From an uncultured Clostridia bacterium (GTDB lineage: Bacteria > Bacillota > Clostridia > Christensenellales > UBA1242), in the NCBI GenBank assembly GCA_944377415.1, contig CALWEW010000002.1, positions 1 through 64,000 of the forward strand: 64,000 bases of DNA, given 5' to 3'. Positions within the stretch are counted from its first letter, which is position 1, and each line of letters begins with the position of its first letter. Under the pieces are notes generated by a model, which was given only the letters and a program-made list of their open reading frames with translations, was not told the DNA's origin and did no database searches. A program made the translations under genes and the position numbers. Shown piece after piece: positions 1 through 8,947 of the stretch.

Positions 1-605
1 GTAATTGAAAAATTCGTGTTGTTTGTTCCGCTGCGACTATAACTGTACGATATTCCGCCAACCGTCCCGCTTCCGCTCGTACTATATAAAGTAACCGTAC
101 TCCCGCCATACGAAAATTGCGGCGAGTATGTTGCGGTAGTCGTTCCTGTGATTGTTGCAGTAGTGGTGTCGTATGTATTTCGAGTATAACTTGAAATAGA
201 CACATTCGCGGCGGTGGTGTAAGTTAGCGTTTGCCCTACATCACCTACCACCGCCACATTTTCGGTACAGTTTATCAGCCGAATTTCGACCACACTCGCA
301 CCACTCCGCCATACTTTATACTGTGTACCCGTCATACTTGAATAAGAGGCTGGTTCACTGGTATTTGTGAGAGCAATGTTTTGCGAGTTTATAGTAATGG
401 AATTTATGTAATAGTTGTTGTTTGCGGTGTATGTTATAGTTATTGCAGGGTCGTTTTCACTGTACATATCATCGCTTTGAGTAACTTGCAGCCTATCGGC
501 TGCGGCGCTCGCCACGCTCGCGGAGATTTCGCTGCCTGCTAACGCAGCCAGCGATGATAACGAGATGTGAGCGGCAGGACGGACGCCGACACCACGCAAA
601 AACAC
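1..605 (-). CDS. Partial (N-terminal part only) secreted Ser/Thr/Tyr/Gly-rich protein. The open frame runs off the window start; candidate start is GTG at 605 or TTG at 599.
   Basis: A minus-strand frame is open from about 605 to base 1 with no stop. Its translation (…HISLSSLAALAGSEISASVASAAADRLQVTQSDDMYSENDPAITITYTANNNYYINSITINSQ…TYSPQFSYGGSTVTLYSTSGSG…) looks like a signal peptide followed by a repetitive S/T/Y/N-rich region, similar in composition to the neighbouring 307-aa protein. The region has higher GC than the flanks. There is no ATG and the SD is poor, so the start is uncertain. Confidence 0.4.
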   Translation of the reverse strand, partial: MFLRGVGVRPAAHISLSSLAALAGSEISASVASAAADRLQVTQSDDMYSENDPAITITYTANNNYYINSITINSQNIALTNTSEPASYSSMTGTQYKVWRSGASVVEIRLINCTENVAVVGDVGQTLTYTTAANVSISSYTRNTYDTTTATITGTTTATYSPQFSYGGSTVTLYSTSGSGTVGGISYSYSRSGTNNTNFSI

Positions 606-654
606 CCGAAAATAAAAAAACGCGCCCGAGGAGAACCTCGAGCAGACCAGCCGA

Positions 655-1578
655 CTAACGAGAGCCGGAGCGCAGCCAGCAATATGAATTTACTCCGCTA
701 GTGCCATCAAGCGCTGTGCTACTATTGTCAAATCCTTTTTCTTCATTTGGTAATGCCCATAAGCCACGACCGCCTGTATCCCCTGGCCAACTGTCTGAGT
801 CGTACGCTGTCGAATTATAATGAACTTCTATATAACTAGGTATCCAAAACATATCACTCATACAACTATTGTATGTCCAGCCCCAGTAGTTATTTAGATT
901 TGAACCCTGACTGCTACTAGATTGCGCGCCTAGTCCATCTGTTGTTGAATTAACTGAACCAGTTACCTTTTTATAATCCTGTACACTTTGCCAGTCTATA
1001 CCCGTGCTTGTTGCCATAGTTTGTGGCGATACTATAAAACTTGATAATGCTGAATAAGAAGTTAACATTTCATTATATATTCCCAGCGTTACATCTCGTA
1101 TAACCGATTGTGAGTAGTTTCCGTAATTGCTATATTTACCCGTGGTGTACCCCGCTAAATCACTATTGTTAATTGAACTTCCACTGCGGTTAAAATATTC
1201 CGCTGTATATGGCTCCGTCATCCAAACAGTTATATAGTCTTTTGTGCGGTAGACTACTTGCCAGTATATCTTGTTACCGTTTACTTCGCCCATTTGGAAG
1301 ATTAAGGGGTTACCGCCATTGATATCGTTCGAATTTTGCACTCTTGATACACTACCTATTGCATCAAGGTGCGTCATAAGCGTATTGAATGTGTCGACAT
1401 TCATGCTTGTTCCATCATCTGTAAGTAAATTACCAACGGAAATACTACTCTCTGTACCTCGATAGGCGTTACTTTTGTTTATCTCGTTAATGACTAAATA
1501 TGTACCTACTCCAATGACTGCCGAACACAACAACACGATGCTAATGATTATACTCATTAGCCGTATCCGTTTCGTCAT
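655..1578 (-). CDS. Secreted or membrane-anchored Ser/Thr/Asn/Tyr-rich protein of unknown function (307 aa).
   Basis: Complete ORF with a strong SD (aaaggagag) 7 nt upstream of the ATG at 1578. It has an N-terminal hydrophobic signal/anchor (IIISIVLLCSAVIGVGTYLV) and then a low-complexity S/T/N/G/Y-rich body. No recognisable catalytic motif. Confidence 0.7.
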   Translation of the reverse strand: MTKRIRLMSIIISIVLLCSAVIGVGTYLVINEINKSNAYRGTESSISVGNLLTDDGTSMNVDTFNTLMTHLDAIGSVSRVQNSNDINGGNPLIFQMGEVNGNKIYWQVVYRTKDYITVWMTEPYTAEYFNRSGSSINNSDLAGYTTGKYSNYGNYSQSVIRDVTLGIYNEMLTSYSALSSFIVSPQTMATSTGIDWQSVQDYKKVTGSVNSTTDGLGAQSSSSQGSNLNNYWGWTYNSCMSDMFWIPSYIEVHYNSTAYDSDSWPGDTGGRGLWALPNEEKGFDNSSTALDGTSGVNSYCWLRSGSR

Positions 1579-1707
1579 TTCTTTTTATCTCTCTCCTTTT
1601 ATTAAATTTCATATCTTTTCCAAAGATTTGATATCTAATTTTATCATTTTTATTGCACTTTTGTAAACTAAATTTATGGACAATTTACAAAATTTTCCAT
1701 AAAATCT

Positions 1708-1866
1708 TAAATTAGGAGTTAGGAATTAGGAGTTATTGTGCGCTAGCGCGCAAGCCCCTAATAATTAGATAATATTGCGTTAGCAGTCATAAATTGCTCA
1801 TTGCTAATTACTAATTGCTAATTCGCGCGAAGCGCGCTATGCGCTCCGCGCGTTCCCCCCTTGCAA
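1708..1866 (+). repeat. Composite short-repeat element. It consists of three TTAGGART octamers, a tgtgcgctagcgcgcaagcccc head, four TTGCTMAT octamers, and a GC-rich imperfect palindrome (gcgcgaagcgcgctatgcgctccgcgcg) followed by a T/C run.
   Basis: Read directly: aaattaggagttaggaattaggagtta (1708-1735), then ttgtgcgctagcgcgcaagcccc, then aaattgctcattgctaattactaattgctaattc (1791-1824), then the GC palindrome at 1825-1860. A paralogous element with the same head and tail architecture lies at 42008-42212. Confidence 0.6.
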
Positions 1867-1995
1867 AAATAATACTAATATGCTATAATATATTATATAG
1901 GAAGGAAGTAGCAAAAAACAAACTTTGATTTTAATTAACAAAACTCAATTTTTGCATACTAAAATCTTAAAAAACCATTAAAGGAAAGATATATT

Positions 1996-2514
1996 ATGAA
2001 ATTCTTTCACAAAAACGAACCCGCACCTATCATTGACGATACTGACTATGAAGCAGACGAAAACGAAGAAATACAACAAAAGCCCCATTATGTTTTAGTA
2101 AATAACAAACTTTTTGATGTAACCGACGATGAAATTGAGCGAGTTGCACAAGAAAAGGCCGAAATTGAGGATACCATAGAATATAATAATTCAGCTATTC
2201 TAGGTTTAAGTATTTTACGCTATATAACTTACGGGATTGCTGGCGGAGCGGGTGCTGTTAGTGCAGTAAACCTTGCTAGCGACCTTTTAAACGGTTCGTC
2301 TATTTTACTGAACTCAATCACGCTCGGTGCAGCTGCAGTTCTCGCTGCTGGCGGATATGTTTATACTAACAATAAACAAAGTTATTGCAACTTTTACAAC
2401 GCACGCTCTTTCATGGAGTTAGCACAAAAAGAGAACGAATATAACGAAATGTTACAAGCCCACACAACAAAAATAGAAGAACGCGAAAACGGACACGACC
2501 ACAGTTATATGTAA
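1996..2514 (+). CDS. Small membrane protein with a glycine-zipper segment (172 aa) and an acidic N-terminal half; function unknown. It lies between perfect 18-bp inverted repeats.
   Basis: SD aaaggaaag before the ATG. The C-terminal half carries a GxxxG-rich hydrophobic stretch (GIAGGAGAVSAVNLASDLL…LGAAAVLAAGGYVY). It is flanked by aattgctcattgctaatt (1792-1809) and its exact reverse complement (2538-2555). Confidence 0.65.
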   Translation: MKFFHKNEPAPIIDDTDYEADENEEIQQKPHYVLVNNKLFDVTDDEIERVAQEKAEIEDTIEYNNSAILGLSILRYITYGIAGGAGAVSAVNLASDLLNGSSILLNSITLGAAAVLAAGGYVYTNNKQSYCNFYNARSFMELAQKENEYNEMLQAHTTKIEERENGHDHSYM

Positions 2515-2537
2515 TTAAACGCCAAGGCGTTTAAATA

Positions 2538-2567
2538 ATTAGCAATGAGCAATTAGCAAGGAGCAGT
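2538..2567 (-). repeat. Inverted copy of the TTGCTMAT octamer block. This is the right-hand inverted repeat of the cassette that carries the 172-aa gene.
   Basis: aattagcaatgagcaattagcaaggagcag is the reverse complement of the block at 1792-1821. The first 18 bp are a perfect match. Confidence 0.55.
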
Positions 2568-2710
2568 TAAGGACAAAATTTCCAGCCACTTATACTATTT
2601 TAATTTACTTTACACTAGGAAATTTTGAATTATCTAAATAAATCAAATAAATAATATCTATATACATTTTGTGTAATGTTTATAAAGAAAATCGCACGGA
2701 GTGCGCAATA

Positions 2711-2757
2711 ACTGCTAATTGCTAATTGCTAATTCACACAAAACACTCCCGCGTTTT
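2711..2757 (+). repeat. Third TTGCTAAT octamer block (three copies), immediately followed by a cacacaaaac/gttttgtgtg hairpin, just upstream of the U32 peptidase start.
   Basis: actgctaattgctaattgctaattcacacaaaacactcccgcgttttgtgta read directly. The preceding gagtgcgcaataa resembles the gtgcgc head of the other elements. Confidence 0.5.
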
Positions 2758-2778
2758 GTGTAAAAGGAGCAAAAAAAA

Positions 2779-5385
2779 ATGGAAGTACTAGCACCCTGCG
2801 GCGATGATGCATCTTTTAATGCAGCAATAAATAATGGCGCCGATGCAATTTATCTAGGCTTAGGCGACTTTAACGCTCGCGCAAAAGCGACCTATTTTAA
2901 TCTTGATAACATTCGCGACTACATTGAATGCGCTCATCTTTTCGGTGTAAAGGTTTACATAACAACCAACACCCTACTTTTTGATAACGAAATACCCGCA
3001 TTTATTGAATTTGCAAAAAAGATAATCTCATATAAACCCGATGCATTTATCGTGCAAGATTTAGTGGTTGCAAAAATCTTGCGCGAACTCGGCGCCGAAA
3101 TTCACGCCAGCACACAGTTAGGTATTCACAATGTAGCGGGCGCACGCATTGCAAAAGAATTAGGATTTTCGCGTGTTGTGTTATCTCGCGAAACTAAACT
3201 CGCCGACATCGCCGCAATCAAGCAAGCGACAGGGCTCGAAATTGAATACTTTGTGCAAGGGGCTTTATGCGTGTCTTTTAGTGGTAATTGCTATTTAAGC
3301 GCACTCGAACACGACAAAAGTGGCAATCGCGGACAGTGCCTGCAACTTTGCAGACTTCCCTACACCGCATACCTTGATGAAAAGAATATCGGCGAAGGCT
3401 TTTTGCTTTCTGCGCGCGACTTGTGTTTGATTGAAAATTTAGCAGAACTAAAAAATGCTGGTGTTGATAGTCTAAAAATAGAAGGCCGCCTTCGCCGCGC
3501 GGCGTATGTGGCGCAAAGTGTTAAAAGTTATCGCCGCGCAGTTGATGCGATATCATTCCCACCCAGTTTAAACCTTAATATTAATACAAACGAAAATAAT
3601 AAAATAAATAAAAATAATGACACTGCTTACCAAAACACAAAAGCACAAAACACAGTACTATGCAACGAAAAAATACTCAAAAATGATAAAAAAACATTAA
3701 ATTTACATAAAAATCATGGGAAAATCGACTTTAAAGACGAAATTCACAATTTAAAGAAAGTTTTTTCTCGCGGTGAATTTAACACTCGTGCTTACCTAGA
3801 TGCTGGCACACCCGACAATATAATAAACCCAGAAATTCAAAATCATTTAGGCGAAAAAATAGGCGTAGTCGAAAATGTTGAGCCCTTTAAAGACCTTTTC
3901 CGCATCACAATAAAAAGCGAAGCCGAAATTCATTCGGGCGACGGTTTAAAATTCCTTGATACAAACAACAAAGAATGCGCAAGTGCGGGCGTTGGAAATG
4001 TTGAAAAATTAGGCAATAATCTTTACCGTATTTATTCAAAATCGCGCGCTCAAAAAGGTTATAATGTTTATCGCACACTTGATAAAATAAACGAAGATAA
4101 TTTAATAAATTTTGTTAAAAAATTAGAGATTTCTGGCGCTGTTTTTGCGCACATAAACGAGCCTTTAAAAATTGAATTTTCTTACACAAAAAATAATGAA
4201 AAGATAACCGCTGAAATCGTAAGTAATTTTATTATAGAAGAAGCAAAAAATGCGCCGACTACCCCCGAAGAAATTCACGCACAAATTAACAAATTAAATG
4301 ACACTGATTTTGTATTAACAAATTTAAAAATTAATGCCGAAAAAGTATTTTTACCAAAGTCCGTTTTAAATCAAACGCGCCGCGATTGTGTCGCCCTACT
4401 TCGTGAAAAAATTATAAACAAATACGAACAAAAACTAATAGAAAAACAACAAAATTCATTAAAAACCATGCATAATACTGATACTATGCAACAAATTTTA
4501 AGTACTATGCATACAAATTTTGCTAGTAAATATGAAAATATGTACATTATTGATGAAGATTGCATTAATAATTTAATCGCCATATCACAACAAACTGTAG
4601 TATCAAAAGAAGCAAAATTTAATAGTAATAACTCAATCTCTAATAATACAGAAAAAACTAATAATTTTAACTATGTTCAAAACACTTTCACACTTACAAA
4701 CAAAGATTTAATTATAATTTCACCACAAAAATATACACTCGAAAATGTGGAAAAGTTGATAAATAATTTAGACAATATCTTTAAAAACAAAACCGAAAAT
4801 AATCAAATAAATTCGGCTAAAAATATTCAGAAAAATAGCATAAAAGAAACCAACAAATTAACAAATGCTAATTTGACATTCTCCCCTGCCGTTGCGCTTG
4901 AACTACCTATAATATCAAACGAAAAAGACTTCAAAATTTTAAGCGAAATTATAGAAAAAATACCCGTAAATATTCCGCTTGTAATTAACAATTTATCAGG
5001 TCTAATTTTTGCAAATTCTGGACACGAAATAATAGCAGGGCTCGGCATGAATGTACACAATATTTTCGATGCGGAAATTCTCCGCTCACTCGGCGTAAAT
5101 GAGATTATTTTAAGCAAAGAAATTAATGAAATTTGCAACAATTTTTATCAATTTGCATATGGCAAACACTCGCTAATGACTTTCGCGCACTGCCCTTTTA
5201 AAACGCTTTTTAAAAATACTTGCGCAAATTGCAAATACAGCAAAAATCTAAAATTAAAAAGCAATGACGGACATGGTTACGACATTCGCAGAACGATACT
5301 TTCGCAATGCTATTTTACTTTAAATTCTAATAAAATGTTCAAAAAAATTAAAAAATCAAAAAATCTAATTGATTTGCGAATTTAA
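2779..5385 (+). CDS. Peptidase U32 family protein (collagenase-like/YhbU-type) with long Asn/Lys-rich low-complexity insertions and a C-terminal extension (868 aa).
   Basis: The N-terminus (MEVLAPCGDDASFNAAINNGADAIYLG…FGVKVYITTNTLL…IVQD) matches the U32 peptidase N-terminal signature. The Cys cluster (CVSFSGNCYLSA…CLQLCRLPY) is typical of U32. An internal N-rich insertion (NINTNENNKINKNND…) is present. Good SD (aaaaggagc). Confidence 0.85.
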   Translation: MEVLAPCGDDASFNAAINNGADAIYLGLGDFNARAKATYFNLDNIRDYIECAHLFGVKVYITTNTLLFDNEIPAFIEFAKKIISYKPDAFIVQDLVVAKILRELGAEIHASTQLGIHNVAGARIAKELGFSRVVLSRETKLADIAAIKQATGLEIEYFVQGALCVSFSGNCYLSALEHDKSGNRGQCLQLCRLPYTAYLDEKNIGEGFLLSARDLCLIENLAELKNAGVDSLKIEGRLRRAAYVAQSVKSYRRAVDAISFPPSLNLNINTNENNKINKNNDTAYQNTKAQNTVLCNEKILKNDKKTLNLHKNHGKIDFKDEIHNLKKVFSRGEFNTRAYLDAGTPDNIINPEIQNHLGEKIGVVENVEPFKDLFRITIKSEAEIHSGDGLKFLDTNNKECASAGVGNVEKLGNNLYRIYSKSRAQKGYNVYRTLDKINEDNLINFVKKLEISGAVFAHINEPLKIEFSYTKNNEKITAEIVSNFIIEEAKNAPTTPEEIHAQINKLNDTDFVLTNLKINAEKVFLPKSVLNQTRRDCVALLREKIINKYEQKLIEKQQNSLKTMHNTDTMQQILSTMHTNFASKYENMYIIDEDCINNLIAISQQTVVSKEAKFNSNNSISNNTEKTNNFNYVQNTFTLTNKDLIIISPQKYTLENVEKLINNLDNIFKNKTENNQINSAKNIQKNSIKETNKLTNANLTFSPAVALELPIISNEKDFKILSEIIEKIPVNIPLVINNLSGLIFANSGHEIIAGLGMNVHNIFDAEILRSLGVNEIILSKEINEICNNFYQFAYGKHSLMTFAHCPFKTLFKNTCANCKYSKNLKLKSNDGHGYDIRRTILSQCYFTLNSNKMFKKIKKSKNLIDLRI

Positions 5386-5469
5386 AGGCATACTTTATTC
5401 AATTAAAGTATTGCCTTTTTTGTTAAATTGGTCTATAATTAAGGTGTAATATACAAAAGAGGTGAAAAA

Positions 5470-6588
5470 ATGGATTGGAACGAAATTTGGACCAGCGTAG
5501 TAAACTTCTTTGCAACTAATGGCTTACAACTTCTTTATGCAATTCTTGTTTTGATTGTTGGTTTAATTGTTATCAAAATCATTAACAAAATTGTTGCAAA
5601 ATTACTTGCAAAAACGAAGTTAGAGCGCATTGCACAAGGTTTTATACGCTCAATTGTGAAAGTATTACTCTATATGGTATTAATTTTCGCGGTTTTACAG
5701 ATGTTTGGCATACCTATTACAGGACTTGTAACAGTTCTTGCTACTGCGGGTGCTGCAGTTGCGCTATCCTTGAAAGACAGCCTTGCAAATGTTGCTAGTG
5801 GTATGATTATAATTACCACAAAACCCTTCAAGCAAAACGACTACATTCAAGTAGATGACCTTGAAGGAACAGTGAACAGTATTAAAATAATGAATACCGA
5901 AATCATTACCTCGGACAACAAAACTATTGTTATTCCAAACTCAACAATTATGAGCTCGGAACTTATCAACTACACGACTCAAGGCAGCCGTTTTGTTGAA
6001 ATGACTTTTGATGTCGCTTACGAAACAAACATAGAGCTAGCAAAAAAGATTATCCTTGATGTTTGCCACAGTAATGGAAACATTATGCTTGACCCCGCTC
6101 CCAGCGTAAACTTAAAATACTTTAAAGATTCTGGAATGAGTTTATTCCTTTCATGCAAAACAAAGGCGCCTTACTGGTCTGTTTATTATTACATAATGGA
6201 GCATGTTTACAACGAATTTAAGCGTAACGGTATTTCGCTTTCGTACAATCAACTTGAAGTACATATGCGCACAGAAACGCCCACACTACCTTTTAACAAA
6301 GAGCCCTTGCCTGAAAGAATTGAACCTAAAGCAGAACCCAAAATTGAACATCTAAGTCTATTTGATGCAAATGCTTTTTCAAAAATTCATAAACAATCAA
6401 AGCAAAAGAAAATTAAAAATCTTGAAAAGAAACGCAAAGATTTGGATACTCAATTAACAAAACTAAAAGCGGATTTGCCTTCTACTCGTGTAAATAAATT
6501 AATCGAATTTAAATCAATTGTTTTAAAGAATAAAAAAGCAATCACCCGCCCGACCGAAATCAAACATTATCACATCAAAAAAGCGTAA
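5470..6588 (+). CDS. Mechanosensitive ion channel, MscS family, with a Lys-rich coiled-coil-like C-terminal tail (372 aa).
   Basis: N-terminal TM helices are followed by the conserved MscS beta-domain region (…ANVASGMIIITTKPFKQNDYIQVDDLEGTVNSIKIMNTEIITSDNKTIVIPNSTIM…). SD agaggtga. Confidence 0.85.
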   Translation: MDWNEIWTSVVNFFATNGLQLLYAILVLIVGLIVIKIINKIVAKLLAKTKLERIAQGFIRSIVKVLLYMVLIFAVLQMFGIPITGLVTVLATAGAAVALSLKDSLANVASGMIIITTKPFKQNDYIQVDDLEGTVNSIKIMNTEIITSDNKTIVIPNSTIMSSELINYTTQGSRFVEMTFDVAYETNIELAKKIILDVCHSNGNIMLDPAPSVNLKYFKDSGMSLFLSCKTKAPYWSVYYYIMEHVYNEFKRNGISLSYNQLEVHMRTETPTLPFNKEPLPERIEPKAEPKIEHLSLFDANAFSKIHKQSKQKKIKNLEKKRKDLDTQLTKLKADLPSTRVNKLIEFKSIVLKNKKAITRPTEIKHYHIKKA

Positions 6589-6759
6589 AGTTTTAGTAAC
6601 ACAATTTTTAGCTTTCAAATAAGCACAATAAAAGGATAGCACTTGCTACCCTTTTTTGTTTATTCTTTTTGTTCAACCTTAAGAATGAAATTTCAATTTT
6701 GTATATTTTAATAATTTGTTTATTAATTAGTTTATCGAGTAAATTTTTTATAATTTATG

Positions 6760-6969
6760 CTAACTTTCCAACCCAGCCAAAAAATCAATGCTTACATCAA
6801 AATATTGTGATAGTTTTATTAAAGAATTTAAAGTCGGTTCGCGCAGTCCATTTTCCCACAACGAAATAATTCCCTTGCTTACACCAATTTTTTCAGCCAG
6901 TTCAACCTGCCCCACACCCTTTTCTAGTCGTAGTGCCTTTAGAATTTCCCCGAAACTTTCGTTAATCAT
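6760..6969 (-). CDS. XRE-family helix-turn-helix transcriptional regulator (69 aa).
   Basis: FGEILKALRLEKGVGQVELAEKIGVSKGIISLWENGLREPTLNSLIKLSQYFDVSIDFL is a canonical Cro/C1-type HTH. It is divergent from the 7066 gene. Confidence 0.8.
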   Translation of the reverse strand: MINESFGEILKALRLEKGVGQVELAEKIGVSKGIISLWENGLREPTLNSLIKLSQYFDVSIDFLAGLES

Positions 6970-7065
6970 ATTATATTAATATTACAAAAGTAAGAAAAAA
7001 TACTTGACTTCTTACTATTGTAAGAATATAATAAAACAAGAACACACAAAGGAGAAAGTTTTGTT

Positions 7066-7548
7066 ATGGATGACGCTGAATTTCAAAGATTGCTCAATGC
7101 ATACGAAAATGATAAAATGAAAGAAATTAACAAAAAAAATAATGTAAACAACGACGATTATGCAGATAGAAGTTTGTCAACTTCAACTTACTCAAATTCT
7201 ATCAAAAATAATTTTTCAAATGACGACAAAGATAGAGAAATTGAGCGATTAAGGCGTGAAGTTAATTATTACCAAAATTCGCACTATCAACAAGAATATG
7301 AGCCTAGAAAAAAGAAAAGTAGCAGTGGCTCAAAAACTGGTGTCGGTTTCGTTTGTGGTTTTTTTATCGCACTTTTAGGTCTAGTAATTGGACTTTTAAT
7401 TTATAAAGATGATGATGAAGAACGTAGTTCTTTTCTAAAAGGTTGGGGTTGGGGTTTTGGAACTGCAATAATTTTAGCTGTGATTATCGGCCTAATATAT
7501 TATCTTGTTCTAATGAATATGATAAATGATATTATGAATTCATTTTAA
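7066..7548 (+). CDS. Small membrane protein of unknown function (160 aa).
   Basis: SD aaaggagaaag. The N-terminal half is polar/charged. The C-terminal part has two hydrophobic helices (GVGFVCGFFIALLGLVIGLLIY…GWGWGFGTAIILAVIIGLIYYLVL). It is divergent from the XRE regulator. Confidence 0.6.
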   Translation: MDDAEFQRLLNAYENDKMKEINKKNNVNNDDYADRSLSTSTYSNSIKNNFSNDDKDREIERLRREVNYYQNSHYQQEYEPRKKKSSSGSKTGVGFVCGFFIALLGLVIGLLIYKDDDEERSSFLKGWGWGFGTAIILAVIIGLIYYLVLMNMINDIMNSF

Positions 7549-7663
7549 AATATAAGGAGAATGAAATTGAAAAGTAAAAAATCTTTTATGGATAAAGTTA
7601 TTTTATCATCACTAAAATTTGCAGGCAAAGCGAGTCTTATTCTTCTACTAACTACTATAAAAT

Positions 7664-7693
7664 CTACAAAAAATAGGGGGCCAAAAATTTAGC
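7664..7693. terminator. Bidirectional rho-independent terminator (gggggc…gccccc hairpin).
   Basis: On the minus strand, agggggctaaatttttggccccct is followed by attttttg, downstream of the 7715-8743 minus gene. On the plus strand a weaker T-run follows. Confidence 0.6.
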
Positions 7694-7714
7694 CCCCTAT
7701 TTAAAAGGATTAAA

Positions 7715-8743
7715 TTACCACTTATTGTCGACTTTTTCGGCAAAGCCTAGAAAGTCGTTCATTTTGATAACTTTCCCGTCATCAAGAATTGCAGTACCAT
7801 TAAATCGCCCGAAAACCTGATGCTGATTACTGCTTAAAACAAGCGCATTTGTAAATGAATGTCTATCTATAATAGGCGTAAATGTAGCATTAAAACGACC
7901 ATTTGCCGAAACAAATTTCCATTCCGCCATAAAGTCTAATTCCCCATTTTTAGTAGGAATAACAAACTGAATGTCGTCAAGTTTGTGCGCTTTGCCGTCA
8001 TAAAAAAGCATATTTTCGGTGGCTTTTGAGGTGTCTCCAAAACCGTAGCCAAGATTGAAACCAAAGGAATGGCCATCAATCTCACCCGCCGCGCTGCTCC
8101 AATACCATGTGTTCTCATAAGTCCAGACACCACGCCCCCAATCAAGAATAGCGAAGGTATTGGAATCATCAAAATTTATATTCTCATCACCGACTTGAGC
8201 AAACCCTTTTGCTCTAAAACCTACTATTTTTTGATTTAAATAAAAGTGTTTTTGCTTGTTAAACGGAATTGCTATTACCATGCTTTCAGGTGGCTCATTA
8301 GATAAAGTAAATTCGCAAATAAAATCTTTATCGCCATCAAAATTTTTTATTGATGCTTTTAAACGGCGCTTACCATCAAAATTATTAAATTCAAAATCGG
8401 CGCGCTTATTACGATATTTCGTATCCCCCGTCTTGCTCGTCGTGGGCAGATTCGTCTTGCCAAAAGGAAACCAAAACATTGGGCTAACAGTTTTTTCTTT
8501 TGGCACCGTAAAATCAATGACTGATGCAGACACCATTCCCATATAACTATTGTCCGCCACCGTAAGCGCGACAGCGAATTTATCATTATATATAAGATAA
8601 TAGTCCCATTCCTTTATGCGCCATGGGTTCGCAGCAATTTTGTTACGGTCATACTCAAAAAGCATAGATTTAGCATAACCTGCTTCAATTAAGTCGCCGT
8701 CATCACTTAATAACTTTGTCGGCTTTGTGATTTGGTTGTTCAT
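7715..8743 (-). CDS. Hypothetical protein (342 aa), possibly DUF2804-like.
   Basis: Complete ORF with SD aggagt. Trp/Tyr-rich conserved-looking blocks are present (WRIKEWDYYLIYND…, WGRGVWTYENTWYWSSAAGE). The family assignment is from memory only. Confidence 0.6.
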   Translation of the reverse strand: MNNQITKPTKLLSDDGDLIEAGYAKSMLFEYDRNKIAANPWRIKEWDYYLIYNDKFAVALTVADNSYMGMVSASVIDFTVPKEKTVSPMFWFPFGKTNLPTTSKTGDTKYRNKRADFEFNNFDGKRRLKASIKNFDGDKDFICEFTLSNEPPESMVIAIPFNKQKHFYLNQKIVGFRAKGFAQVGDENINFDDSNTFAILDWGRGVWTYENTWYWSSAAGEIDGHSFGFNLGYGFGDTSKATENMLFYDGKAHKLDDIQFVIPTKNGELDFMAEWKFVSANGRFNATFTPIIDRHSFTNALVLSSNQHQVFGRFNGTAILDDGKVIKMNDFLGFAEKVDNKW

Positions 8744-8947
8744 ACTTTTTACTCCTAATATAGGATTAGTATACTAAAAAATATAAAAAATTCAAAACAA
8801 AAACGACTTTAATATTATAATTCTTAGGCTTTATTATGTTTCATAGAACTTGTAAAAATTACATAACATGAAATGTTTTTGCATTTATTCATGTATTTGT
8901 TTGCTTATATATGCATAGTATGATATTTTTTATTTAAAGGAGGAAAT

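Noticed and set aside
4371-5141. Minus-strand ORFs of 70 and 104 aa inside the U32 peptidase gene, and the many other ≥60-aa antisense ORFs listed in the track inside confident genes (for example 11776-12222, 27225-28583, 33232-34329, 58104-59709).
   Set aside because: They are fully embedded antisense to long, family-supported CDSs, have a low-complexity hydrophobic composition typical of AT-rich antisense frames, and have no RBS.
6788-6979. 63-aa plus-strand ORF, plus the ORF at 6669-6869.
   Set aside because: Both are antisense or overlapping to the well-supported XRE regulator gene on the minus strand, and neither has an RBS.
7561-7692. 43-aa ORF (MKLKSKKSFMDKVILSSLKFAGKASLILLLTTIKSTKNRGPKI) downstream of the 7066 gene.
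   Set aside because: SD spacing to the ATG is only 1-2 nt (a TTG two codons in has better spacing). Its stop lies inside the bidirectional terminator hairpin. It may be a real small membrane peptide, but the evidence is too thin to call.
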